From Raillietiella orientalis (Eukaryota), in contig JAYWIR010000021.1 in the NCBI GenBank assembly GCA_036172245.1, forward strand, positions 1,612,001 to 1,676,000: a stretch of DNA of 64,000 nucleotides. Reading direction: 5' to 3'. The translations under genes and the position numbers were made by a program. Under the pieces are notes generated by a model. It was not told where the DNA came from, searched no databases, and was given only the letters and a program-made list of their open reading frames with translations. Of the stretch, positions 1 through 11,340 are shown piece after piece; the stretch's first letter is position 1, and the number at the start of each line of letters is the position of its first letter.

Positions 1-799
1 TTCAAGCAGGAAGTCGAGAGAACGCTTTTCCTGCTGTGTTTGATCCGCTGGGACCATGGCCGACATCAGGCAAGGCCTCCTGTCGTGCTGATCTTCGATT
101 CACACTGTGATGCGAGAGAGACAGGGCCGGGGTGGGGAGGTGAACGGGTTCGGTGAGTCTTCTCACTCGCATTCAACACTGTCTAGACTCCGCACATCCC
201 TTGGCGTGGCGACATCTGCATCCGTTCGAACGGGCACTCAGGAGATATGCGAACTCCTCGAGAGTGCTTGAAGACATAGGAAACTGAAGAAGGAACATCA
301 GGGACCACTTGAAAACGCAAATCTCTTCGGAAGCTGCAATCGTCTGCTCTTCTTCCCCTTCCACTCCCATATTCGGTGAGCTCCGACATTCGTGACCTGC
401 TTGACGACTCCACTGCAAACTATCACGGAAGGGATGGTGTACCCCCCAAAAAAGCATCTGATGGTACGGACAAATACCACACGCTGATCCCAAAGGTACG
501 ATGAAGATTGGTCTGCATCAGAAGTAGGAGGTTGCTCCTTGAATGTATCGATATGATCAGATGGGAAAAGGAAATCTGTTAGGATAATAGGGGCGGGTGC
601 GGGTCTCCGTTCGGATGTAGCATGCAGAGCATGTATAACATTGGATCGCAAGCGGTCGACCCGCAATGGTTCGAAATGCAAAGCTCCTCGACCAGAAGAA
701 GAGAGATGAGTTTCGCTCCTTGATCGCTCACTGGTTCGCTCTTCTCGCAGGGAGGGCAGTGAAACTACACGCCTCTTGCTCTTATGGTAACTGCTTAGC

Positions 800-1650
800 A
801 TCAGGAGCTTTCCCTCATCCAAGAACACCGCTCCTCTTCCTCGCCTTCAACCGCTTGGTTTCGAGGCCGAATGCGTTGTGCCTCGCAGAATTCCGGCAGT
901 CTCGTCCACGTGACCTCCAGATATGATTCGATTTTTCGGACTCAGCCGCATCTTTTTCCTGAGACTGGAAGACAGGGATCCAGGGAACGATGACGGGTTT
1001 GTGCTGTTCGATCGAAGCAGTCATGGGGCACACTAAGATCGCACGAATGCCGTCATGCAGCACCCATTCATCGTGAATGCCGACTGTCCTTCATCGTGCG
1101 GTTTTGGTTCCCAAGGGATAGGTGTCCGAGTGTTGACTTGCAAGTCAAGGACCCAGAAAGCAACCTCGGCGCAGAAGAAAATCTGTCGGTACTTTTACTG
1201 GACCGAAAACCACCGACGAATGAACCATCAAGAAAGATCTTGGAATCTTTGGACAAATTCCTTCAGTGTCAGACCCCATCCAGTCCTCTACGAGACCCAC
1301 TTTTTCCAGAGATGGATCTTTCATCGAGTGACATCGAAACTCCGGGAGTTTTGATAGTTTCCATTCCTTGTTTATGAGCAAAAGCTCACCGATGCTTTCA
1401 AAGAGGAATTCTTTGCGAGGGGAAAAAACTTTTCGTTTGAGTCGCATTCATGATGGTGTGGCGTTTCGGATTCTCAGCAATCTTCTGAGAGCGTGAAGAG
1501 CACTCATTGTTCTCGAAGAGATTATTTAAGACTTTGAGTGGTCCTTGAAGCCACTGAAACATCGATGGAAGGAGGAAAGATTTTTCCTTCCTGAAAGCTC
1601 GAATTTTACCTACGACTGCATTGCCTGTCGCGAAGGGGAACGTCACGATT
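800..1650 (-). mobile_element. Highly degenerate CR1/L2-like LINE relic (pre-RT and RT N-terminal region)
   Basis: Frameshifted minus-strand peptides 'QKIAENPK' (cf. KxNPKxF) and 'GSDTEGICPKIP...GPVKVPTDFLLRRG' (cf. GPDGIxPxxL...PLxxIFxxSLxxG). Motif resemblance only; boundaries approximate. Confidence 0.3.
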
Positions 1651-2849
1651 CTCCCAGTTTCATCTGACGCCTTCTTTTGACAGGAATGCGATTAGGAGCG
1701 AATTTCGAAATCTCCTTTTATATCCCCCCAGGGCCAGCTGTCGTGTCATTGATGCGATTGCCAGTTGCGTCCACCTAAACTAAAGAATGAAGCTACTCTG
1801 TTTTTCTGCCAACAGTCATGAGGTTCTGTTACCCAGCGGACATGGCCTATCCTTCACGAACCAGAAAAGAACAAGGATGCTCACGTGCATTGGACAGGAC
1901 TTTCGTCGGATGGTTCAAGCGGAAACGGGCAAAGAGGCCACGTTCATAACAGGTCAAAGGCACGTCATTTGAATTCCTTGATCTCACAGTGAGGTCAGAA
2001 AGGTCTTCCTTTCCATGAAGACCGCTGCTCGCGTGGGACGCCATGCGGATGCCGACTGCCGTCGCTCGTCTCTCTGGTGCTGCTCACGCCCCCTCACAGC
2101 CGGGAGGGGAAGAACGTACAGAGAGAGGCCGACTTTTCCTTGGGGAGGATGCCCGCAGCCAAGTGGCAGTTCGAAATGCTTGCCACACCTCGATCCGTGT
2201 CGATGCCCGTCAAACGGCCTGACGTTCAACATTTGGGGGGTTTTTCGTTTTTTTTTTTGCCCCACCCATCAAGGGATCCGGTTGGAAACCCTTGCATGGT
2301 TCCAACAGACACCGTTCGCCGATTTTTAAGATAGAATGACTTCCTTCAGGGATTCTTCAGGCCGGCCGGGGAAACGAGGTATTGGTTTCGTTCTTGGAAT
2401 ATAGAACTGCCTTTCCAGGGTCGATCCCATAGGTCAACTGAGTTTCGAGAAGTGATCATGAGACGGTGCATCACTCTGCGCATGATTTAACGGCTTAGGC
2501 AGAACTGTTCATTTGAAGTTTCGCTGCATCCAGCTGATGGCTGGGATATGAAGATGTCTTCCAGTACACTGAATACGATTCCATAATCTGCAAGCTCCAA
2601 ATCTGCACATGCAGCCCTAATCTTAGGCCGTAGCCACGGGAGTCTGTATTCTCCTTTCAGTACACAGTTCAAAATGGAAGCCACTTCTGACGTTATGAAA
2701 AATTCTTTGCTTCGTGGAGCTGAAGAATCGTTGCAGATTATGATGAGGATAGTATCCTGCCCAAAAGAACAGGCTCAAAAGTGGATTAAAAAGAAAAAAA
2801 GCAATTCCATTAAGATGAATTGTTTTACTTGGGGAGGGAGCTCATTCCA

Positions 2850-3450
2850 TTTTTTTGAGGCTTTTAGAAAATGTCTTTAACGATAGACCCGAGAAAAACA
2901 CGAGGTGCATCTCAAAAGGAAGAGCCGATTGGATATAATGAAATAACAAACGAGAAAAACAGAAATGTATTCGTGGTTCTGAACACACATATCCCCGTGT
3001 CATTTTTCTACGGAGTCGCAATTTTTTTCCAAACACGTTTGATACCGTGGAACTGGCTTTTTTTGGAACTCTTTGCATCAAATTCCGCCGCCTGAGATTG
3101 AGCCAGTTCAAGGCTACAGTTTTCCATTCAGTTTCCTCGAAGCATCCGCACATCCCAGACAGTTCAAAAATTCAAATGGGAACCTTTTGATTACCCATTT
3201 TACATTCTTGATCCCGCATCCAGTGACTAGGACGTCTTCCTGCACCTCCAGAGGTAGCTTGCATCTCAACGATTCTCCATTGCGGAGCACTCTTGATGAG
3301 TGTTCTGCGATGGCAGAGCACTTCGTGAGGCACTCGTGCTGGGTACAATCCTTAATTGCCTTGGCCCTTCGATCTCGGTTGCTCGTGTGCTCCCTTCCCA
3401 TTTGAAGGGAAGCGCCTGGTCGAGAGGTTCGTCAAACGCACTTTTGGGAA
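2850..3450 (-). mobile_element. Degenerate CR1-like LINE 3' end relic
   Basis: Peptides 'LEVQEDV', 'LRRRNLM' and 'TRGY...FCFSRL...SALP...SLKTFSKSL' resemble the CR1 C-terminus TRGH...FFSxRV..WNxLP...SxxxFKxxL. Confidence 0.35.
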
Positions 3451-3639
3451 ACCTTTTGGGAAAACCGCGGCATGTGCTCCTCAAAGACTTGCTTTCCCTT
3501 TTCCAGGATGCGGATCTGAACAAGCATGCAGCTTCACTTGCGACAACTGGCCTCACGGGGCGTGACTGTGGAAGCAGCACTGCTGACGTCCCTTACTCAA
3601 CCTTCTCTCGTTCGCCGTGAGATGTAAGGGACTGGTTCT

Positions 3640-5155
3640 CCTCCCACGCACTCATGTGAGACGAAAGCCGTCAGGCTTGCCCTGCGCAAGGTGGCTGCCA
3701 TTCCAGAGCAGCAGCTGTGGATGTGCTGCCGACCGACAAATCATACCACATGGTGGCAAAAGTCCGCACACACCGGAGCGAGGACAATGAACTCCATCCT
3801 TGTTGAGGTTAGCTCCATCCGGCTACAGGCATTAGATGGAGTCCGGCAGAACAAAGCGAAGTTGACCAGAGTCGCTGCTACGTTTTTGGCTGCAGTCAAC
3901 ATCCATGCAGAGAGCCACCTGCTCAGCCACCATCGCACGCATCGACAAGCCCCTGAGCGATTGAGAATCTCAGCAGCTCTCGAGCGCCACTGTGCATCGC
4001 CAATACTCAACAGAAACCTAGTGCTGGACAGCCACCCTGGACGACCTACTAGTTTACAGTGGACATAGAAACTACTGCCTGAAAGCGTCCCCGAGAGTCA
4101 CTGTCTGGAGCCCTTCGTCATCTCCATCCCGGAACCCTGTTCCTTGTTTTCCCACCCTCCTATCTGGTTAAGCCCCGGGAAAAACGGATGTTGCACAAGG
4201 TATTGTGGGGGACCTATGAGGTCAACGATTTGGTGACTCTGCCTCAGGATGCCGAACTAGGCATACTGACGCTGGACAAGGTAGAACTGCAAGTGCAATT
4301 CAGGACTCTCGCTAGTTCTGCCAAGTCGTGGAGTACTCCATGGTGTGCGTCTGCACGCCTTACTCTACAGCATTGGGAAGACCTTTCTACCATGCTGCCG
4401 CGAGAATGCAAAAAGATGAAGGGGGATCACTCCGTCACCGTAAGGTGAATGAGATCGCCTCAATGGTGAGGCAACATCGCTGAATCTTCTTCCAGGATCT
4501 TCAACACTTGATGGAAGCAGACTGCAGAAATCTAGGGTCTACTTTCCAAGTGACACCAGAAGAGTTGTGGCCTTGGAGAATCTTTGCAGCATCCCCTTGG
4601 AAATCGTGCTGCAGGGCTCCAGGAAGTGCTCGTTACTGACGTCACATCACATACTGCCGCGCTTTGTCCTCAGAGCAAGGGACAACAGCTGCTAATCGTC
4701 AGGGTAGGACTTCTTTTCTGCATCACTACAGGAGTCGCAAAACCCCAGAACTGCCGAATGCACGAGCCTTGAAGTAGACGTCACCATTTTACAGTCCCAG
4801 ACCAACGAACTACTTCGATGAGAAGAACTTCTGAGTTTGTCCTCCGTAAAACTTGTGGTCTCCACCCTATGCATGGACGTTTCGGTGCCGCTCCTCAAAG
4901 GGATGCATGATGTGGCCCTCTTCCTGCACTGGGGTTCCCTGTGTAAAGAGCTCTTATCAACTCTTGTCTCCGGAGGAACTGCATCCCTGAACTGTTCCAG
5001 ATGTGGGATTATTGAATCGTTCCCGAACCTGCTGCTTTCTGCACAAAAGCGCTCTCTAAGAATTGCGGCCGACGCTGGCTTCAGGGCTTTTGCACTCGGA
5101 GAATACTGACTTTGTCGCAGCGCTTCGCACGCTGAGGCTTTTGTGTGGTGCGGCA
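3640..5155 (+). mobile_element. Degenerate L1/Tx1-like LINE 3' portion (post-RT region and zf-RVT relic)
   Basis: 'KSWSTPWCASARL' (~4320) and 'LHWG...LNCSRCGIIESFPNLL' (~4925-5035) match the same motifs in the copies at 5.3-6.8 kb, 25.6-26.4 kb and 31.2 kb. Confidence 0.6.
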
Positions 5156-5160
5156 GTTTC

Positions 5161-6830
5161 TTACCCGGTTGCGCCTAGACGTTTATTCGAAGATGAACAA
5201 ACCATCTGGGAACAAAATTCCCAATCAAAGAGACGAAAAGTTGAAGGAGACTGCTCCCAGATACGCAGCTCGGGCACAATGAAAGTCCGGAACGGGAGGG
5301 AGGGGACAATAAATAAATACAAAAAGATATGGGGAGTTAGGGGACAGAGGTCTCTGGCTTCGGCCGTCTCTTCGTCTCAGAACGGCGCTTAATGGTGGAG
5401 ATCTCCTTCCTGACTTCCTTTCTGAGCTGAGACCACCTAACAGCCGTGCTCATGTTGTAGGCTGCAATCCTGGTGACCTCTGTTGGGAGCTCTCGCGACT
5501 CCAACACCCGGTGAGCCAGCACGATGGCGCGGATGCAACTGATCGTTCCACTTAGCAAGAGGAAGCCGCACATGAAGAAGCAGCGCATGATGTCGATGGT
5601 GATGTCCCTCTGGTGCAGAAGCACTGAAGACAGCCTTCTCCACAGTCCGTGGAGGACACCGCAATCGAAGAGCAAGTGCGGGAGCGATTCCACTGTCCCA
5701 CACCTTCCACAGTTAGGAGAGGCAACTCCCCTGGAACCCAAGTGCTCATAATGACTGCAATGGAAACCCCAATGCAACAGCAAAAGCGCATCTAGCTTCC
5801 ACCAAAGGGGGAACACGGACGCGTCCACGCACGAGGAAGAAACCACAAGTTCTTTACGGGGTACACTCAAGAGCTCGCTCCACCGAAGGAGTCCCTTTGC
5901 ATAGTTACAAGGAGTGCCAGCGTCTACCAGCTCGCTCGTCTTCCGGTCTCCCAAGAGTCTGATTTCTCCAGCAATTGTGCAGGAGACCTCCCAACCCGTC
6001 AGTAGGCAACTGTCACCGCTTGCCCTTATGGCAAACGGCGCTGCGGCAGGGGATGTGGAGGCCAGGAGAGTCCACAATCGGGTCCTGCAGCACATCTTCC
6101 GCCGGACAGTACGGGGAGAGATGCACGCAACGAAGTTCCACAAGGAGCACTTCCTGATGCGTTGCCCAGGATGATAAAGTCTCTTGCCGTCTTTGCCGCC
6201 GTTAAAGTTCATTGGACGGCAGGAGATCTACGGATGCGCTGCCAGAAGAGAGACGAGCTGCCTCAGTGGGAAGCCGAATCCTCTCGTGGTGTCCTCAGAG
6301 TGCGGCTGTAACGAAATCAGTCGTTCGCCGACAATGGAGCGTCGCAGCAGAAGGCGCGCGGGAGCACACCACGGAGTCACCCAAAGCTTAGCACAAAGTG
6401 GACTGCACTTGTAGCCCGATACTGTCCGGAGCCAGGATGCCCAAGCCGGCATCCCGACTCAGAGCCTCCAATTCCTTGAGGAGTATCCTGGACCTCGCAG
6501 GTCCCCACAAAGCGTTTCTCAACAGGCGTTGCGTCCGGAGCTTGGTAGAGTAGAGGGGCGGAAAAACAAAAAAGAGGGAGCGGAGGAGGGGAACAACGAA
6601 GGTGTTCCAAATGGAGGCCCGCTACGGCAAGATGAACTTGCCACCTTGGAACGGGCCGAGAACACTTCGAAGGCCGTCCGACCATGCTTCTGCTGGGCAG
6701 GAGTCGCCCAACGAAACGCCGAGGTACTTCAAGCACTGCCCGTGGGGATCCCCAGGCGGATCCAGTCGGTCTGCCCCTCTCACGTAGAGCCAACCGGAAC
6801 AACCGTGGACTTCGACTGGCGGCAAGGATG
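5161..6830 (-). mobile_element. L1/Tx1-like LINE 3' portion: RT thumb, C-terminal zinc finger, 3' UTR
   Basis: 'LKYLGV' RT-thumb motif (~6715); 'KLWVTPWCAPARL'; ORF 5337-6212 with 'CGRCGTVESLPHLLFDC' (zf-RVT CCHC). The 3' UTR is homologous to those ending at 26897 and 30667. Confidence 0.8.
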
Positions 6831-7110
6831 GACATCAATAGACATCTCTGCTTGATACTTCTTTCAATCACAAAAGGCCGAGTCATTGACATATCCAGTT
6901 GAATAAATGTACAACTTTCCTTGTAAATATCTTGCACAATCTTCATAAACTCATTAGCAATCCCAGCTTCCCTCAATGCACTGAGCAAGAGATGGTACGG
7001 GATCGTACCGAATGTATTGAATATATCAAGAAAAACTAAACCCAGGTCCTGAGACTTCCTCCTGGAATGATCGAGGCTGAAGGACAAAGTTCTGCTCCAA
7101 TACTGTCGCC
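6830..7110 (-). mobile_element. Reverse-transcriptase core fragment of an RLE-clade (NeSL/Utopia/HERO-like) non-LTR element
   Basis: 'SRRKSQDLGLVFLDIFNTFGTIPYHLL..AL...G...F..IV.DIY....T.I......T......SIKQRCLLMSIL' corresponds to LDxxNAFGSVPH...GVKQGCPLSPIL. YADD is absent. Confidence 0.65.
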
Positions 7111-7170
7111 CTTCTCTTTTCGATTCGCGGGTCACCCATATCGCTCTCCGACTCAACTTAGTCGGTGCTA

Positions 7171-8303
7171 TCAGCGACAGGGTGTACATTTGACGAGCTT
7201 GCACAAGGCAACACCACAGGCATCATGCTGGTGTAAGTTTTTCTTGATTTCCCACAGTCTTCCTTCTAATGCGAACTGCTGCTCATCATTGGGAACGCGC
7301 TCGTTGATGAAAACTTCCACCCGGCAGATGCGTTCCAGTGCTTCTGATTGTACTTCCTTTGTAGTTGCATCCTTGAATACATCTTCGATCTGTTTAAGCT
7401 CCGTTTCCAGGTTGCCAACTTCCGCCAAGTCTGCAGTTATTTCAGCACTTTCCACACCTCGTTTTGTGCGGCAACTTCCGCCAGCTCTTCCGAGGTTGGT
7501 TGTGAGGCTTGCTTCATCATCCTCTTTGCTTTTCTCCTCTTGACCTCGGTGAAAACCCTCACCTTTGTGACGGTTTCCTCAGTCAAAGGAGCCTTCTTCT
7601 GCTTCGCGACTTGCTTTTCTGGAGCCGTTGGAATTGGCGGCAACCTCTGGGCATCTCTCCATACCACATATCGCCGGCACTCCTTCTTGGAATGGCCAGG
7701 TAGTCGGCAGAACTATCACATGATCGGCCGGGTGCACGTCCTATAAAAGTGGCCTTGTTGGCCGCACCGGTGGCATTGCGTTCTAGGGCAAGCTCCGACA
7801 CGGTGCCTGAACACCTTGCATCCCACGCTAAAGGGAGGCTGTTGCCTGTATCTGAACAAGACTGCTTGGGAGAAGGCATCAACGCAAACAACTCTCAGTA
7901 TTTTAGCATCCTCAAAGAGCCGCATTCTTGCGAACCCCTCCTCGGAAAAGATCTCACCGATCTGGTTTCGAAGTTCCAGGTGAGTTACCTCTCCGTATTG
8001 GGCTAAGAAACTGCGGATCGTCTTCTTCGTGGTGCTAAAGTCAATCCCCTTGAGCAAGACTGTTGTTCTCGCAGTTTCGCCCATCCCGTGTTGCAGGCAG
8101 CCACCGATTGAAATTCGTTGTTCAAAGAGTGCTTCTATGAGCGGCACGCACGACGTGTAAATCGTGAAATCGGTCGCAAAAGGTATGATTGCTTTGGTGA
8201 CGTCAAAATCTGCATTTTTCTGAAGGGCGATGTGAATGTCCTTCATCTTGGCTAGTTTAAGAGGACCTGACCTGAAGACCACTGGCTTAACCTGTGGTCC
8301 CAT
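7171..8303 (-). mobile_element. L1/Tx1-type ORF1 (RRM-like domain, CCHC zinc knuckles, coiled C-terminus), frameshifted
   Basis: ORF 7716-8303: 'TTVLLKGI...IRSFLAQYGEVTHLE' (RRM-like), 'FRYRQQP', 'CHRCGQQGHFYRTC' knuckle. It continues in other frames with a charged, helical segment (7171-7667). Confidence 0.75.
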
Positions 8304-8359
8304 GGTAAGGATGGGTTTGTCATCATCTAGAACATATACCGAGGGTTTGACCGTGGTCC

Positions 8360-10070
8360 GTTTTCGTGCTGGGGCACGCCCGGAACACCACCCTTGATGC
8401 TGTGGATCGACTGCAGAAGAACCAAATCGAATGCGCGCAGGGCGGTGGCTACCGTCCGCCTCTTCTCGTCGTCACGCAACCCGTTGATGTTCCAACAGGT
8501 CACGCTGACGCTACAAGCGGACGAGAGTACTCATTACTGCTGTGGACATGACGAAGTGTCCCTCTCCGTCGGGCGAAGGTTCAGCCGGTAGCACGGCACA
8601 TTGGGTGGTGGGAATGCTCTCGTCCTCCGCCATGCTGCACGGAGCCGAGGATCACTGCCTAGGGCTCCGAGGGGAGACCGGAACCGCTACCGGCATCGTA
8701 CAGAGGCACGATCCTGATGCCCAGTTTTTTCCCCGGAGTTTCGCACTTCCTGGCGCTGCAATCGGACCCGAACTCGGAGTCCGACTGTTGCGCGCGAGAC
8801 TGGCATTCCACCCGCCTCTTTTCCTGCTGGGAGCTGAAGGCTTGCCCAGCATCCGCGGAGCTCGCGGCTGTCGGAGATGCAGCCTTCGAGGCTTCGGCGT
8901 CAGGAGCGGTCCTCTTGCTCGGAGCGACAGCGACGGCGCACGTAGCCGCGGCTGAAACCTTGATTTGCACCTTTTTAGGCTTGCGAGGATTCTTTATCCC
9001 ATCTACCCTCAGGATGAGGAACTGACGAGGATCCGCCTTGTTTTTCCCCTTTCTCTGCTTCTTCTTCAACGAAGTCCACCCCGCGTCGCTATCCTCGTTG
9101 GCTCCATCCTGGGAAGCGAGAGGGCCTCTAGCACCTTTTGGACGGCAGCTAGAGGCTCCCTTTCCGGAATGGCGACCAGGGCCTGCCCTGCAACGGTTGT
9201 CTACTTACCTGCGGTTTCGGGCAACCTAACGGAATTTTTCGCTCGCCGTGGAGGACTTGCCCTCCGCGGTTTGAGGGAGGCACTGCCGCTCAATGGAGGT
9301 TTCGGGAGTGCTCGCGCGTTGTCTGCCGTCCTTTTCGTTCGAAAGCGGGAACGATCGCGGACGGTTCGGCAGCCAGAGCCGGGATCTCTCTCTCTGGCTG
9401 CGCCGCGCAGGACTTTTTTTTTGTTTTTTTGAACCACGGGCTGGCGTGGCTTCTTCCCCTTTCTCGCGGTGTTCCGTTTTTTTTTTTTGGCCCCGGAACA
9501 TCCGCGCGAACTTTCGCGGGAGTGCCACCCTGTGGCGAGACGCCACTCGCGCCGGATTTCTTTACCGCCATAGTAGGCGGAGTTTTCGACGTGGATGGAA
9601 GGTGATTTCGCGCCTGAACGTTTAGTTTGAGCTCGGCGCACTCCTTGATGGAGTGACCGGGCATCTTGCAGTAGCGGCAGGTGCGGGAAGGGCACTTTTG
9701 CGGGCGGTGGCCCTCCTTGCCGCAAGCTGGTCGCTGGACGGTGTTCCAAGCGCTAGCGGCTACCCCCAAGCTCCACGCCGAAGTCTGCCCGATATCCAAA
9801 AGTGGATGGCTGTTTCGTAGAGACATGTGAATCGAACTCCAAAAACTTTGTGGAACCCTCTAAAATGTCCCGAGGGCAGTGAGTCCCAAATTTCGAAGGC
9901 CGCACAGGGCCTCGGGATGCTCAGTACAGGATTAAGACGAGGAGGAGCACAGAGTTGCAATGCGGGCGGAGGAAGTGAGAGAACCAATGTCCCCACATGG
10001 CAGATGGAAGTGCATCGAAAAACGATTAGCAAGCATCTATGAATGATGTCGAGTTGGCAGAAGACAAGTA
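8360..10070 (-). mobile_element. 5' portion of a second L1/Tx1-like LINE: ORF1 zinc knuckles and start of the APE endonuclease
   Basis: 'PACGKEGHRPQKC' and 'CRYCKMPGHSIKEC' (9635-9730). The minus strand at 8400-8515 reads 'SVTCWNINGLRDDEKRRTVATALRAFDLVLLQSIH', the APE N-terminal WNxNGL...KR...DxxxLQExH motif. Confidence 0.72.
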
Positions 10071-10533
10071 CCAATCGGTGTGATCAAATTTTAAAAAGTA
10101 TCCAAGAATAACCGGCTAAGCATTACATTTCTAAATATCCAGACTTCCAATGCGTTTTTTTTTTCCGCAAGAAGCCTTTCACAGAAAAATTCAGAGATTG
10201 TTTCGGAAAACAGTGGATAAGAGTTGACTCTGATTTTCGGGTTGGAAAGTATTCATTTAAACATCACCATTTTACAACTTCCTTCTCATAAGAGACACTC
10301 AAAGTCAAATTTTTAAACGAATTAGTTAAGTAATAAGACTGCAATGGAATGGCCAAAAAGAAAACTAGATAAATCCTAGTAAACTTGTAGACCAGTTAAG
10401 CAAAACCAAGTTAACTTACTAGCTGCTTCTGCTGTTTTTATATTACAAATATGTGAACACATAAATATTAATTATGCCATTGGTAACACTAATTCTGATG
10501 CGAAAATGCAATTTATTTTCTTTTTCACTTGCT

Positions 10534-11340
10534 TCTCAAAATACACATTATTGAAGGCTTTTCTTCAATGCATTTAATTGCAGCAAGTTCGAGTTTGATG
10601 TTCCTCAGCTGAAAGCATAACAAAAATAAACAATGACATACACAAAAACCCTTTATGCATTAAATACAGCGACATCAGACAAATGCCTTTTAAAGGTCAT
10701 GCACATTCCTATTTCGGTATAGTTTTCATCAATTACATTACTTTGCACCCGTACTCCCTTGATGCTTACCACATTAAGTTGCACGTGCATGAAACAGACA
10801 TACCTAGCAGGCAAAAGGTGAAAATGAAATACGTACTCCCGCCGTTCAGGTACCAGTGAAGCCAATAATTTTACTGGAAACACATGAATTCATTACAACC
10901 TGAAATTTGAAAGCTGAACATTGTGCATCCAAAACAAAACAAAACAAATACAAAAACAATCAATCACAAAGAATTAACGGCGCGGAATTCAATTAATAAC
11001 CACTAAAGTTAAGAACACAACTTAGGATGACTTTTCGCTGAACACGATGGGTTGAAAAATGCTTCTTCCAAGTCTTCGGTACGCAACTGTTTCTTCGGCT
11101 ACGTGAACCGAACACAAAAACTCACATGGAATTGCAACGCACAATTAAGTTACAAATTCAATTCTTTTTTCTCATACAGCTGTACTAACATGACATGACT
11201 TTGGAATAGTTAATTACTGCATATAAAGACACTTCATACATTACATCCCTTCTCAACTCACTTACATTGCATCCGCCACACGAAACTGCAGCAAACCCAA
11301 CTTCACGTTAGCACGCCTACTTCAGGTTTCGGTACATCCG
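10534..11340 (-). ncRNA. Putative spliced non-coding snoRNA host transcript (or untranslated 5' exons)
   Basis: Minus-strand splice sites define exons ~11340-11266 (donor GTAAGT), 11216-11126 (CAG/GTGAGT), 10899-10804 (TTTCAG/GTATGT) and one starting at 10608 (TTTCAG). The 10899-10804 exon has stops in all three frames. A CpG-rich patch with a CACGTG E-box lies at ~11350. Confidence 0.45.
10672..10735 (-). ncRNA. SNORD15: Intronic C/D-box snoRNA, U15/SNORD15 (yeast snR13-site) homolog
   Basis: C box TGATGA (10731-10726), D'-like CCGA, C'-like ATGA, D box CTGA (10678-10675). The guide AGGCATTTG is complementary to conserved LSU rRNA CAAAUGCCU, and the 3' end AGGCATTTGTCTGA matches vertebrate U15 as I recall it. 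It lies in intron 10803-10609, with the D box ~66 nt from the 3' splice site. Confidence 0.72.

Noticed and set aside
10653..10883. 76-aa ORF in the track
   Set aside because: It reads through a splice donor and across the intronic snoRNA, and in-frame stops lie just upstream within the same exon.
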